Origin: Octopus sinensis
Lineage: Eukaryota
Direction: 5' to 3'
DNA: 64,000 nucleotides
Assembly: GCF_006345805.1 (NCBI RefSeq)
Contig: NC_042997.1
Span: forward strand, 151,590,001-151,654,000
Part shown: piece by piece, positions 26,745 through 39,944 of the stretch
Layout: each line of letters starts with the position of its first letter
How positions within the stretch are numbered: position 1 is the first letter of the stretch
Notes under the pieces: generated by a model
The model's input: the letters and a program-made list of their open reading frames with translations, nothing else
Database searches by the model: none
What the model was told of the DNA's origin: nothing
Made by a program: the position numbers and the translations under genes

Positions 26745-28576
26745 TAGTAAAAAGTGAAAAAACTACAGAAGGCTTGTTTTAAAAGGTTAAAACATATTTG
26801 AGTCATTATGTCAGAAGAATGTTATAAATTTTTTTCATACAGTGACATAGTTTTTGAAGAAATTACCTGTTTCGTGTTAATTTCTCAAAACATTGTGTTA
26901 TGTCTTCGTTATGAAGTGCAAAGAAGAATTCCAGGTAGGAGGAGGTCATAAGCGATTTTTTCCGGTATAAGGGAGATAATCGCTTTATATTTCTTTTCCC
27001 TTTTATTTAATGGGATGAATTTCTCTGTATAAGAATGTTAGAGTGGTTAAGTTTGGGCTTATATTTTTCAATGAAGAATGTTTCCTTGTTTAGTCTAATT
27101 TGTGTTGGTGTTCCAATAGCACATTGATAAAATAGAAAGATTAAAAATTGTGGTAGTAGTTGCTTTGCGCATTTCTCAATATGCTCACTAAAGGGTATCA
27201 TTCTGTATTCTGGGAATGCAATCTGTTGTCGATGCAGAGTGCATCTACGTCTGAGTGATAGTCCCGTGGACCCCATGTAGTTTTGGTGGCAGCCCGAGCA
27301 TCTTATGACATAAATTATGTTTTCAGAAGCACAAGTAGAATTAGATTTGATATTGAATATTTGTCCCTCTCTGCAGAGGAATTCTGATCCTTCTAGAAGG
27401 TTTGGGCATGTTTCACAGTTTGGTCTACCACATTTCTTTTACTTTTGCATCCGTAATTTCAGAAAACAATTTTGCCTTTGTGAGAATCTTTTTAAGTGAT
27501 TTAGGTTGTTTGTAGCTTTTAATGATTTTATGTATGTTTAGAATTTCCTTTAATTTGGGGTCCTTATGAAGTATTGATAAATTCTGGGTGATGATGTTGA
27601 AGGCTTCTTTGTTCTGGGGTTGTATGTGGATATGTAAGGCAGTATTTTCGGGGAAGGTGTGTTGTTGTGTTGAACTTTTCTCAAAGTTTCTATGTCGATT
27701 TCTGTTGCACGTCTGATCCCATCCTCTATGAGTTGAGCTGGGTAGTGTCTGTCAATTAGGGTGTTTTTGAGTTCTTGTAGTCTAAGGTTCTTGGTATTTT
27801 GTTCTGACACTATTGTGCATATCCTTCTTGCAAGGTTGAAAGGGATGTTTGTTTTAGTGTGTCTTGGGTGGCATGAATCAAAAAGTAGGTATTGTTTAGC
27901 GTCTGTGGCTTTGTAAAAAATGTCTGTTTCTATTTTAAGGTTAATTTTTTTAATTAGTATATCTAAGAATGGAAGCTCCTTTTTGCTGTATTCCATTGTG
28001 AACTGTATATTTGGGTTGATGCTGTTCAATAGGTTTTTGAATTTTAGGAGTTTATCTGTGTTTTCATTCCAGAGTATAAACAATCGTCCAGGAATCGTTT
28101 CCAATTCTCTTTTATGTATTGAGAGAGGGGGTTTCCAAAGGTCGATAAAGATTCCTGGTATACAATTATTTCCAGGTAGCCCATTGTTAGGTTCGCAATG
28201 GCTGGTGCTGCCCTTGTACCCATAGCAATTCCGGATTTTTGACGGGAAAATGTATTGTCAAACATGAAGTGGTTATTATGTAGGATGAATTCAACCGATT
28301 TAGTAATGAATTCTTTACTGATCCTTTTTGGTATTTCTTCCGGAAATTAGTTCAGCCAGAACTGTATTGCCTCTAGTCCATAATTATGAGGTATACTGGT
28401 ATATAAATTAACTACATCAAATGAAACCATGATTGTTTCTTCCTTGACTTTTTTTTAAAGGTGGTTTAACCCATCCAAGTCATCTCTGACATGACTATCG
28501 ATATGTTTAAGGAAGGGTTTCAGGAAGATTGACGCATATCTTTGGGAGAAATCGTTGCTTTTTTCCCAGCGTAGGA
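26739..28576 (-). mobile_element. Penelope-like retroelement, 5'-truncated and frameshifted (RT + Cys linker + GIY-YIG endonuclease)
   Basis: SFDVVNLYTSIP, GIAMGTRAAPAIANL, WKRFLDD, PFLD, YKATD..YL..SCHP, KCGRPNCETC, NIIYVIRCSGCHQNYMGST. Confidence 0.93.
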
Positions 28577-28597
28577 AAAAGGAAGAAAGAAATTCTC

Positions 28598-29727
28598 TCC
28601 TACGCTGGGAAAAAAGCAACGATTTCTTCCAAAGATATGCGTCAATTTTCAAAAATTTTCAAAAATTTTCTGAAGAAAATTACAAGAAATAAAAAAGAAA
28701 AACCGAACAACCCACAAACCACCCCCAACTATCCTCCATACACTAGAAACAGAAATCACCCACAACCAACATTTTCGAACCACGCAAGACTTAACAGGGA
28801 ACAAGCTGACAGACAACGCATTTATGAAATAGATTACACCAAGAATAGAACACACCAACAACATCCTAATACCAGACCTAACCACCGCATAACAGCATAA
28901 AATAACACTAGAATAAGAAACACACCACACACAAGTCGCTACTACCCCATGAACCAAAATTACTGGTCCCCACCGAACACAAGACAAACGCAAAAAATCA
29001 CTAAGTCAAGCAACATCCCACATACAAGCGATTCGAAACAAAAATATATCACATACAGAAATATATCACACACTACAAATGGAAACAACCATAGATTCCC
29101 CCACACACACAACAATCGGAGGCAACAACTTGTGCTTCTGAAAACATAATTTATGTCATAAGATGCTCGGGCTGCCACCAAAACTACGTGGGGTCCACGG
29201 GACTATCACTCAGACGTAGATGCACTCTGCATCGACAACAGATTGCATTCCCAGAATACAGAATGATACCCTTTAGTGAGCATATTGAGAAATGCGCAAA
29301 GCAACTACTACCACAATTTTTAATCTTTCTATTTTATCAATGTGCTATTGGAACACCAACACAAATTAGACTAAACAAGGAAACATTCTTCATTGAAAAA
29401 TATAAGCCCAAACTTAACCACTCTAACATTCTTATACAGAGAAATTCATCCCATTAAATAAAAGGGAAAAGAAATATAAAGCGATTATCTCCCTTATACC
29501 GGAAAAAATCGCTTATGACCTCCCCCTACCTGGAATTCTTCTTTGCACTTCATAACGAAGACATAACACAATGTTTTGAGAAATTAACACGAAACAGGTA
29601 ATTTCTTCAAAAACTATGTCACTGTATGAAAAAATTTTATAACATTCTTCTGACGTAATGACTCAAATATATGTGTTAACCTTTTAAATCAAGCCTTCTG
29701 TAGTTTCTTCACTTTTTACTATTTTCT
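28598..29727 (+). mobile_element. Inverted partner copy of the Penelope-like element
   Basis: 28598-28650 mirrors 28524-28576; 28650-29126 is an A/C-rich near-open frame; 29127-29727 is a near-identical inverted copy of 26739-27337. Confidence 0.9.
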
Positions 29728-29766
29728 ATATATTCAACCACGTGCTTTCACACATCAACTTTCTCA

Positions 29767-29864
<98 letters not shown>

Positions 29865-30072
29865 GATAAATATCAAAGTGAGTTATATACAGTAGCGGTA
29901 ACACATCGTGACGTATTTTTGCCATTTCAATATGGCTAACCCCTAAGGGTGGATGCTACTGTAGTTTTTAGCCCCAGGAGGACACACTCCTCCAGCTGGC
30001 CATAGACACACTATCTGTGTCCTGTCAGTATTTGCAAAGGGAAGTCATCCTTCCCGTCTTCAACTTATGATA

Positions 30073-30117
30073 CACACGGACTCGAGTTTCGAGGTATTGA
30101 CCTCTCGTCAGCGTGTG
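30073..30117 (-). ncRNA. Type I hammerhead ribozyme, family 1, fully canonical
   Basis: CACACG-CTGACGA-GAGGT(CAAT)ACCTC-GAAA-C(TCGA)G-TC-CGTGTG; predicted cleavage after GUC between 30079 and 30078. Confidence 0.92.
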
Positions 30118-30357
30118 ACAATCATAGTTGTCGCCGAGAATTAGATTTCCTTCACAAATACTTATACTTTTTCCAGCGCCCACTGTCGCTGATATTGAAA
30201 AAGTGAAATCAACCAATGATAAATATCAAAGTGAGTTATATACAGTAGCGGTAACACATCGTGACGTATTTTTGCCATTTCATATTGGCACTTTGCCACT
30301 TTGATATTTATCATTGTTTGTGAAGGAAATCTAATTCTCGGCGACAACTATGATTGT

Positions 30358-30402
30358 CACACGCTGACGAGAGGTCAATACCTCGAAACTCGACTCCGTG
30401 TG
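30358..30402 (+). ncRNA. Hammerhead, family 1, G16.2C variant
   Basis: GAAACTCGACTC instead of GAAACTCGAGTC. Confidence 0.82.
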
Positions 30403-30710
30403 TATCATAAGTTGAAGACGGGAAGGATGACTTCCCTTTGCAAATACTGACAGGACACAGATAGTGTGTCTATGGCCAGCTGGAGGAGTGTGTCCTCCTG
30501 GGGCTAAAAACTACAGTAGCATCCACCCTTAGGGGTTAGCCATATTGAAATGGCAAAAATACGTCACGATGTGTTACCGCTACTGTATATAACTCACTTT
30601 GATATTTATCATTGTTTGATTTCACTTTTTCAATATCAGCGACAGTGGGCGCTGGAAAAAGTATAAGTATTTGTGAAGGAAATCTAATTCCCGGCGACAA
30701 CTATGATTGT

Positions 30711-30755
30711 CACACGCTAACGAGAGGTCAATACCTCGAAACTCGAGTCCGTGTG
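30711..30755 (+). ncRNA. Hammerhead, family 1, G5A variant
   Basis: CTAACGA instead of CTGACGA; the rest is canonical. Confidence 0.82.
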
Positions 30756-30916
30756 TATCATAAGTTGAAGACGGGAAGGATGACTTCCCTTTGCAAATAC
30801 TGACAGGACACAGATAGTGTGTCTATGGCCAGCTGGAGGAGTGTGTCCTCCTGGGGCTAAAAACTACAGTAGCATCCACCCTTAGGGGTTAGCCATATTG
30901 AAATGGCAAAAATACG

Positions 30917-31030
<114 letters not shown>

Positions 31031-31046
31031 GGTATGTGTATATATG

Positions 31047-31625
31047 TTGGGTCATCCCATAAATAATGCAATTTTTTTCAATTGCATGAACTAAAAGTCG
31101 GAAGGGGAGGGATAAACTACCTTGTTATAAAACCAGGTACTAATTTTATCTTCTCTTTAATTAAGGTGCAAGTTTTGAAGAGTGCAGTTCGATTTTAGCA
31201 GTTATTTTTTAAAGCTATAATGGAAGTAACAAAAATGCATATGCGGCATATTTTGCTTTATTAATGCAGTATATGGGGATCGGACTGTAAGCGTAAGCCA
31301 GTTTCAACGTTGGTTCCAGAAATTTCGAGCCGGAAACGAGTCTCGTCCTAGAAGACGAGTCACGTCCTGGAAAATCTGTAGAATTCAACGAGGACGTCCT
31401 GCAAACCCTGGCGGAAAAAAATCCCATCGAAACTCTTGAGGAACTCGCTGAGTAGCTTGGATTTGGTCATTCAGCCATTAATCGATACCTGAATGCCGTT
31501 CGAAAATGACCATTTTTGGTTTCCAGGTGAAAAGTGTTCTTCGATTAGGATAATGCTCGGCCACACACAGTGAGGATGACATAAGATAAGTATTAAAAAA
31601 CCGCATTATTTTGAGGATGACCCAA
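31047..31625 (+). mobile_element. Mariner internal-deletion derivative
   Basis: TIRs TTGGGTCATCCCATAAATAATGC / GCATTATTTTGAGGATGACCCAA then TA; remnants WFQKFRAGN, NEDVLQTLAEKNPIETLEELAE, DNARPHT. Confidence 0.88.
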
Positions 31626-34600
31626 TATATAACTTTTTCCGAAATGTATATAGCACAATGCTCTAAATGCAATATGTAATGGATCAAATTATCAAGAAAT
31701 GGAAAAAGTGGATATTTTTGACATATAGAAGACATTACATGCGTTGCGATTGTGAGTCTGAAAAGCCTCTTCTGTGCATAGTGATTAAAGTCTGTTATAT
31801 GCAGAGAGAAATCTGGAAGAATTTACAAAACAGTGAAAGATTACATAAAGAGAAAGAATGTCATGAGAAATAGCGGGTAATCGATAAAAAGAATGCTACG
31901 TTTTCATTTCATCCAACAAAGCGATGTTGTAAATTAAATGTAGTAAATTTAAGTACCAAAAAATTCACTATAAGCGCTGCTCTTCTATCTTGAACTATCA
32001 ATATTCAACAACATTCTCACGAGTCATAACTATGTTTACAATTCACAGAATGGCAAAATCTACTCATTTTTGGCGAGAATCCTTGTCAAGATCTTTAACT
32101 CTTTCATGAGCAGAATTAATTATCACGCTTCAACTAGCTCTAATTGTAATGACCTCACTTTGCTGCCAGCTGCATTATTCGGCTTCCAAACAAGATAGTA
32201 GAGAACAAGCCAAGTACGTGGAAATAGAATGCATAAGACACACCATCCCGTTCTGATGATTTTCGCCGAAAGCAACAGCTCAGTGATATGACGGTGTTGC
32301 AGTCGAGATGAATTTTTTAAAACAGATTGCCTCCCTGTTCGAGTGCCTCACGAAAATATCGAAGTAAACATCACAGTTCACTGATACATGTTCTCTGCTC
32401 ATTCAGAAAAGTACAGTTAGGTGTTATTGGAAATCAATATACATTTGTTTGGAATCTGAGACTACGTGCCACCTACGCTCTGTCATAGAGCTAATTGTGA
32501 CGTGTCGCAACTGCCTTTATGGCAAATTATGCGAATTAAGTTCCGCCTCAACCACATAGAACCATCGAAAGGCTTTCGTGTCCTCATGTTTCGGGTTACG
32601 TTCTCAAGCTGACACAATTCTTGTTTTGTGAGTGTCTTCTTTGCGATGTCTTTACTAAGCAATTGACTAGTTCTGTTTCTACATTGATTTTTACAGCTAT
32701 CATTCAAGCAAAGCTGTCGAATGTTTCTCTAATATTCTCCTTATTGAAATGCCCCACAGTAATAATGGTTTATTGTAAGAACACCATGATATATTACTCA
32801 CTTAACAGTGTTTTTGTACATGCCATTTGATCGAAATGATGGCAGGAATGAAGTCAGAATACGAAATTTTATTTATTCTTGTTATAAATTATATTTTGAA
32901 CGGATTCTAACAACAAAGAATTTGAATTGTATTGAAATGGTAGCTCACCTGTATCAGTTATTCCCTGAAAATATTTGATGTTGCCGGCAATTTGGTTCAA
33001 TCGATAACACATTTAATGTTAATGCTGTGAAAATGTGTTAACGGAGGTAGAAAATATTTGGGAAGCGGTGTAATATATAGGAGAAATAGCCACTGAAGAT
33101 TATTTTAGATATTTTTTCAGTGAAACGGTAGGATATTCTGGGAAAATTATGCAAAAATACAGGACAACAGTCTTATATAAATATCATTTATGGAATATCT
33201 GAAGCATTCTGCAAAATATTGACAAAAAACGGAAAGCAGAAAATAAAACTCTGGTTCATCTTGTACGTCTTTGTTGTGAATATACAGGAATGATATTCGA
33301 CATTTCAAAGTGTTGTTTAACGTTAAAACGAATACGGTAATCTTTTGAATATATTTAGAATAAATATTAGGAATATATTAGTAATACATGATGTTGAAAG
33401 GGATGCGTCTAAATCCCTTGGAATCCTAATGTCACATCAGGAATTATCAGACATGAAAAGCAAAATAGAGGCTATGTGCATAGAAAGCCTAAACCTAAAT
33501 ATCAGCAACCACCTTATTGATTCAGTTAATCGTTGCTAGGTCACTGTTGATATAGTAATTGTTTATTGAACCAAAATGAAAGAGGTTTGTTACACAAGTC
33601 TGCAGGAAAGATTATGACACAATATGACAGCTTTCATCCACGATCCGATATGATAGTTTTTATTTATTTTTTTTTTTGCATGTGTTTCTCTGTTTAATAC
33701 TAAGGTGGAAAGGAGATTATTAATAAGCATTGTGGATAGAGAAGCAAAGTGAAAGAAAGAAGTCAGTTTTATATTTTGTTTTGCAAACAGAGGAAATAAA
33801 CGTAGCCTAACTAAGGTATTGCGAGTTGCCAACTTAGATAAGAATAATATTGAAAAATAAGGCACAATACGGAGTTCGATTAGAATAAAATAACTCGGGC
33901 GTAAGAGAATATACGTCATGTATGGATAGTTTGCGAACCACACAATAGAGTGTAACACGAACGAATTCTGTGCAAAAGAGATTTGAAGAAAGCAAACAGA
34001 AGCCTTAGAGTAGATAACCAAGATCAAGTATTCAATGTAAAATCTGTTAGAAATGATATCTGCCACCTTTGTAGAGAGAAAACTGAGAAGTGGCAGACTT
34101 GTGAATAGCTGCAAACTAAGATGTATTATAAACAATCACGATTGAAGATTGTATTAAGAATTCTGATTGCAAGTCAATGCCGAAAGTATAAATTTCAAGT
34201 CTTTAGAAAGTGTTAGAGACATTTAATTGAAAACCTTCTGTTAACAAAAAATACTATGAAACGCACATACACTATCGGATATTCCCAAACATACGACACA
34301 CACATAATTCTTTGTTGGTACTCATACATATACATACACGCAAACCATAAAATTTTCTCTTTTTTGATGCATTTATTTACAATTTTTATTTTATTTCGTG
34401 TAAATATCTTCTTCTTTGTGAACAAATACACTAGGGATTATATATAATAGAGAAAAAAGAAAAAATTAGAAAAAATAATTAACAAGAAACGCGGACGAAA
34501 TGAAAATTTCAGAAGAAATTTAAAATAAATTAAAAGTAACATTTTAATGTACAAAAGTCTTTATTCGACATTAAAAACATTCTGTGAATTTAAGTGAAAT

Positions 34601-35029
34601 TCTATCTGTTATTTGTGAATACCTACAACTTTAATGTAACCAAGTAACCAGACAGTGAAACAATAAATAATTTGTTAGGCTCAATCAATAAATCGATATA
34701 GGTTGATATAATGAGAAACTTCTCATGCAAACACAAACGTTTCTTGCCGTCTTCTTTACAATAAGGACCAATACAGTAAAGGAAAGGTTTACTAATTTGC
34801 TGTTTGCTGAGGAGTGTCTTTGTGTATGAGGATATAATATAAAACTTCCCAGCCATTGCTGATTCATTAATTTGCTTGACTAAATTAGTTGCCCTCAACA
34901 ATCTCATCTGGAAAAACGACTTTTTGATTTTGCTGTACATACTAACACCCCGCCACACGCACAACCCACATAAACATATACAAACAGATATACACATACT
35001 TACATGCATTCAGACATTTATAGAGACAG

Positions 35030-35090
35030 ACAGATATATAGATGATAGATAGATGGATAGATAGATAGACAGATAGATAGATAGATAGAC

Positions 35091-35141
<51 letters not shown>
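35030..35141. repeat. (GATA)n microsatellite (another at ~49500-49625)
   Basis: Directly visible. Confidence 0.95.
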
Positions 35142-36244
35142 CATGAGGAACTTCATATGTGTGTTTAAATTGTAGTATGTGGTAACCACAACATGGTAAA
35201 TTGGCGCGATAGACTCGGCTCAGTTAATATGCAACATGTGGTCAATGTTTGAAAGGAAAAGCGTAAACCAGGACGGAGTTCTTGATGATTATCGTTATGC
35301 GTTTTTTTATTAATAATGTTCTTGTTCTTGTTATTTACGTCTAGAACAGCTCAGATCGAGTAAATCCATAGAATACATTATTAAATATATTGCTTAAATT
35401 TTAAGAAAACTGCAATTTGTGGAAAATATGACTACATTTTCTGTAATTTAGCAAAGCATAACAAACCTCCACGTGGATCAGTAGTTTTACTTCTAGTTCA
35501 AAATCACTAAGCATGATGTTTAGTGGAGGCCCAGTGATAGACAGTGAGAGAGTAAACATTTCACAGTCTAGTTAAATATCAGTCACTGAAAATGCTCTGC
35601 TCATTCCTAATTCATAGAATTATTACATTAGAGGTAGTGGCCAGGTGATGCGGTGTAAGCAGGGCCCATTGTTTTAATATTAATTAAAGCACAGATGAGT
35701 TATCATGTACGTTTCGTGATGTCTGGACTACAGAAGTTTTTTTAGTATAATCCTTGTATACCTCTTAACTGATAAAGAATAAACATTATTTATATAGCCT
35801 GTACCGATATATATTATAAAATAGAATACAGTGCTTCATAATAAACCGTCTTAAAGACGTTCGCAATACAACTACCCCACATATTTACTCTTACTAGTTC
35901 CAAAGTAAAGGGCTGTGCCTATAGCTTTCCAGGGCCCTTGCACCGGTGAAACTGATGCTATGAATTTTTCTCTGGCTCTATGAAGTCAACACCTGCGGTG
36001 ACATATAAGTAAGGAAGACATTCAAGACAGCCAGCATTCTTGGAAGAAATGCATAGGCGTAGTGACTTGTGCAAGGTCAGTGTGGTTAAACAAGAGGGAA
36101 GAGATGAGGAGAGACGTATGTGACGAGTATTTCTGATCGGTGGTGGCTAGAGATCAAACTGCTTCAAAGAAGGAGGGCTATCTATTAGTTGTCGAAAGAT
36201 GAGACAGTAAAACTGTGAGCCAGAGAATGGATCATACCTCTATA

Positions 36245-37128
36245 CGAGGTATGATCAATAAGTATCCCGACTGTTGCGATAGTAATGAATTTAAAACACG
36301 CAGAGGTAAAGCCGCTTGGGAAAAATTGACAGTAAATTTTATTGTTCATGCGCACTATTTTTTAGCGCCCTAGCTCACTTTTGCTGCTTACAACAGTGAT
36401 TGGAAGGAACGTGTGTACGCATGCTTTTCACATTGACAATGTCAGAGGAAGTTGTCATGGCGGTACCTGCTCAGAGACCAATGCAAAGTTACAGAATGTG
36501 TATGGACAGGAGTGTATGAGCCGCACACAAGTGTACGAGTGTTTCAGGTATTTCTAAGATGACCGAAAAAATTTCATAGCGACGAACTTCGGAGACCGGC
36601 AAACAGCAGAACAGAGAAAAACATCGCAGATGTATGTGCAGCTGTGAGGGGAAGTCGTCGAATCCTTGAATAATCAAAAGATGTGCAGATTAGTTATGAT
36701 TTAGCTCAGTCCAGTATCACAGAAGATTTGGATATGAGACGCACGTCCGCCAAGTTTATGCCAAAACTGCTTTAAGCTGACCATAGAGTCACTCGGAATG
36801 CAGTTGCACAAGATCTCGTTCATTGTGTCGAGAACAATGAAAACGTTTTGAACAGGTATCTGAACAGGTATCGCCAAGCTTTTGGCAAAATTGTACGCGT
36901 ATTCTCTGCTCAAATTTCTGTCATTGTCAATGCGACGATCACACGATACATACCTTCCTTCTAAGCACTGCCGTAAACACCGAAAGTTAACTAGAACGTT
37001 AAATCTTAGTGTTCTAACAAGAACAAGAACATCAGTGTTCAAGGTCAATCTATGCCAAGCGGCTTTACTCTGCATGATTTAACTTCGTTACTATGGCGAC
37101 AGTCCGGATACTTGTTGATCAGACCACG
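36245..37128 (+). mobile_element. Decayed mariner with ~50-bp TIRs and N-terminal transposase remnant
   Basis: CGAGGTATGATCAATAAGTATCCCGACTG vs the inverted end, TA both sides; MSRTQVYE-like HTH remnant. Confidence 0.85.
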
Positions 37129-37644
37129 TATATGTTCAAATATATCTTCAAATATATATTACAATCATCGAATTTACTTTATATATTAGAAGATTATTGG
37201 AGTATGGTAATAAAATGGACAATGCTAGATACACACAAATGTCAATAATATGATGGTGTTAGATCCCATTGATAAGGCTAAGATAAGTTTCGGCTCTGTA
37301 CGACACATATAGACACATAAATACATACGTTTTGTGAGATTTTCTTCTGGTACTAAGGATTTTTATTATCTCTATACATTCGTTATCATAGTGTCACCTA
37401 AATAATGTTCATAAATATATGTGTACGAAATAGTGATTGCCGTGGCTTCTACGTAGCTAATGAAATGACAATGACTTGGCCATCATCATCATTTTAATTA
37501 GAATCATAAATATGTATAATAAATACTATGTTAGCCAAGTTCAATTTCTTACACCAGAGTTATTCTTTGTATATATCACGTTAAAGTTGAATTCCCACGG
37601 GAAATACGACTTATTCCACTTTACTATAAAATCAAAATAATATT

Positions 37645-37855
37645 TTTTTCTACTATAGATACAAGGCCTGAAATTGTTGGGGATGGGTTAGTCAATTACA
37701 TCGACTTCAGTACCCAACTGGTACTAATTCTATCGCCCCCGAAAGCGATGAATGATAAAGCCGACCACGACGGAATGTGAACTCAGAACACAAAGACGGG
37801 CGATATGTCACTAAGTACTTTTACTGGCGTGCTGTCGATTCTGCTATCTTGCCAC
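37645..37855 (-). mobile_element. Diverged family A SINE
   Basis: Tail, core and head recognisable. Confidence 0.75.
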
Positions 37856-38518
37856 AATAGTAGATAGCCAAACGAGTGATGTGAGGAAAAATGTTGCTGC
37901 TGCTTCTACAAATCCATTACAGCGTAAAGCAAGCAAATGCCACAATTACTAGCAACCAGCACCAACAAGCACTCGGAGATCAACAAAACAACCACCGTTA
38001 CTGTACTACCAGCAAAGAAACAAACGTCGCCACAGCCATCATCACACCACTACTAAAAATAGACAATCCTTACAAAATGCCTTATTATTTACATGTGGTA
38101 ATTTTCGAGCACAATATTTAGATTCAGTTTTCGTTGACTTGTGCATGCATTAAATAATCACAATAATAATGGACATTTATTTCTAAAAATATAAATTTTA
38201 TTTTAATCATCATGAATTATTCAACTTCCCAATGAAATAACCAGAAATATAAGGATACATGTATGCGGCATTATAAAACTATTGCAGTTCATATTTTTGT
38301 AATTTGAATGTCAGGTAATTTATTTATGCTTTGCAAGGTATTTGAAAGAGCAACATACAATAAAAATAACATAAATCAATATGAATTTATTTTCACTAAT
38401 TTTATAGAAAATACAGCAGCAGCTAATAGTAAATGCTAGAAGCGGTGAGCATGTCTAAAAGTAAATTCACATAGTTAATGTTCCCTTATAATCTTACACA
38501 TTTGCACTATATATGTGT

Positions 38519-38772
38519 GTACATTATTTACATTATTTACACTTGACGGATATTTGTCCTCATCTTGTTTGTTGTTAACACAACGTTTCGGCTGATATAC
38601 CCTCCCAGGTGTCTTGGGGAAATTTCGAACTTGGGATCTCCATCCTAAGGTATTTATCGATGTTGCTGTTGTTGTTGTTGTTATTATTACTATTATTCAG
38701 GTCACTGCCTGGAATCGAAATCGGAATCTTGGGGTTAGTAGCCCGCGCTCTTAACCACTACTCAATATGCTC
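38519..38772 (-). mobile_element. tRNA-headed hammerhead SINE (family 5), left arm of a head-to-head pair
   Basis: Head 38700-38772 with A/B boxes; tail hammerhead 38577-38613 with a 9-nt core deletion. Confidence 0.85.
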
Positions 38773-38858
38773 GTGAGCGTAGTGGTTAAGAGCGCGGGAT
38801 ACTAAACCCAAAATTTCGAGTTCGATTCCAGGCAGTGACCTAAATAATAATAATAATG

Positions 38859-38910
<52 letters not shown>

Positions 38911-39620
38911 GGACCACCTAATCTCTGGATGTAAAGTCTTAGCTCCAGTGGAGTATAAATTAAGACATGACAGAGTTGGCCAATATCTACACTGGCTAAT
39001 AAGTCGGCATTACAATATCAAAACTGCCGACAAGTGGTATAATCACCACCCTGAGGCTGTAACTGAAGGAGAAAATGTAACCATTCTGTGGGACTTTCCA
39101 GTACATACAGACCGAACCATCAAGGCCAATAAACCAGATATTGTTGTGAAAGACCAAAACAATAAAGTTTGCTTATTGATCGACATGAGCATCACCTGTG
39201 ATCATAATATCTCAGCGAAAGTGTTTGACAAGCTCAGAAAATATAAAGACCTACTCATTGAAATTGAGAAAATGTGGCATCTCAAAGCGGTTACAATACC
39301 AGTGATCGTAGGAGTACTAGGAATGATCAAGAAGGGAACCGAAAATTATATGAGAATGATCCCTGGCTTACCATCCCTGCAAGAAGTGCAAAAGATTGTC
39401 TTAACTGGTACATCACACGTATTGAGAAGAGCATTGTCGATGTGAGAACTGTTGCTGCTCATGTATTTTAATTTAACTTAAAAAAAAAAAATAAATAAAA
39501 TGAACGAACTATTGAGTTTGGTTTAATGGCCTACCAATGTATACTATGAGTTTCTTTGCCCTAGGAGTCGGGAAGACACTCGGCAAGAAATGGAAGCAAA
39601 TTTGAAAGAAGAAAAAAAAA

Positions 39621-39672
<52 letters not shown>

Positions 39673-39860
39673 CAACAACAACAGCGAAAAATGCCTTAGG
39701 AATGAGAACCCAGCTTCGAAATTTCCCCAAGACACCTGATGAAGGCTGGAGAATATACCAGCCGAAACCTTGTGTTAACACAAAGAAGATGAGGACAAAT
39801 GTCAGTGAAATGTGAATAATGTAAATAACGTACATAATTCCTCATCTCTAAAATATATAC
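38773..39860 (+). mobile_element. tRNA-headed hammerhead SINE (family 5), right arm, split by a LINE in its (AAT)n
   Basis: Head 38775-38840; tail 39660-39860 with GACAC-CTGATGA-A-GGCTG..CAGCC-GAAA-CCTT-GTGTT at 39731-39776. Confidence 0.85.
38911..39620 (+). mobile_element. 5'-truncated R4/Dong-type RLE LINE (end of CCHC finger, restriction-like endonuclease, 3' UTR)
   Basis: Open frame DHLISGCKVLAPVEYKLRHD...WD...PDIVV...ID...K...KY to the stop at 39445; (AAT)n on both sides. Confidence 0.88.
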
Positions 39861-39944
39861 TATGCGTATGTGCATGTATGTATGTATGTGTGCGTGTATG
39901 TATGCATGTATGTATATATGTATGTATGTATGTATGTTCATGTA

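Noticed and set aside
29460-29760. Expected hammerhead in the PLE 3' region
   Set aside because: Hairpins are present, but I found no CUGANGA/GAAA core on either strand.
33040-34130. Possible ancient LINE ORF2 (KYLGS; ICHLCREKTE)
   Set aside because: Two short isolated motifs are insufficient.
38700-38840. Two tRNA genes (apparent ACT anticodon)
   Set aside because: T and acceptor stems are broken and the heads run into SINE bodies; the same applies to the other SINE heads.
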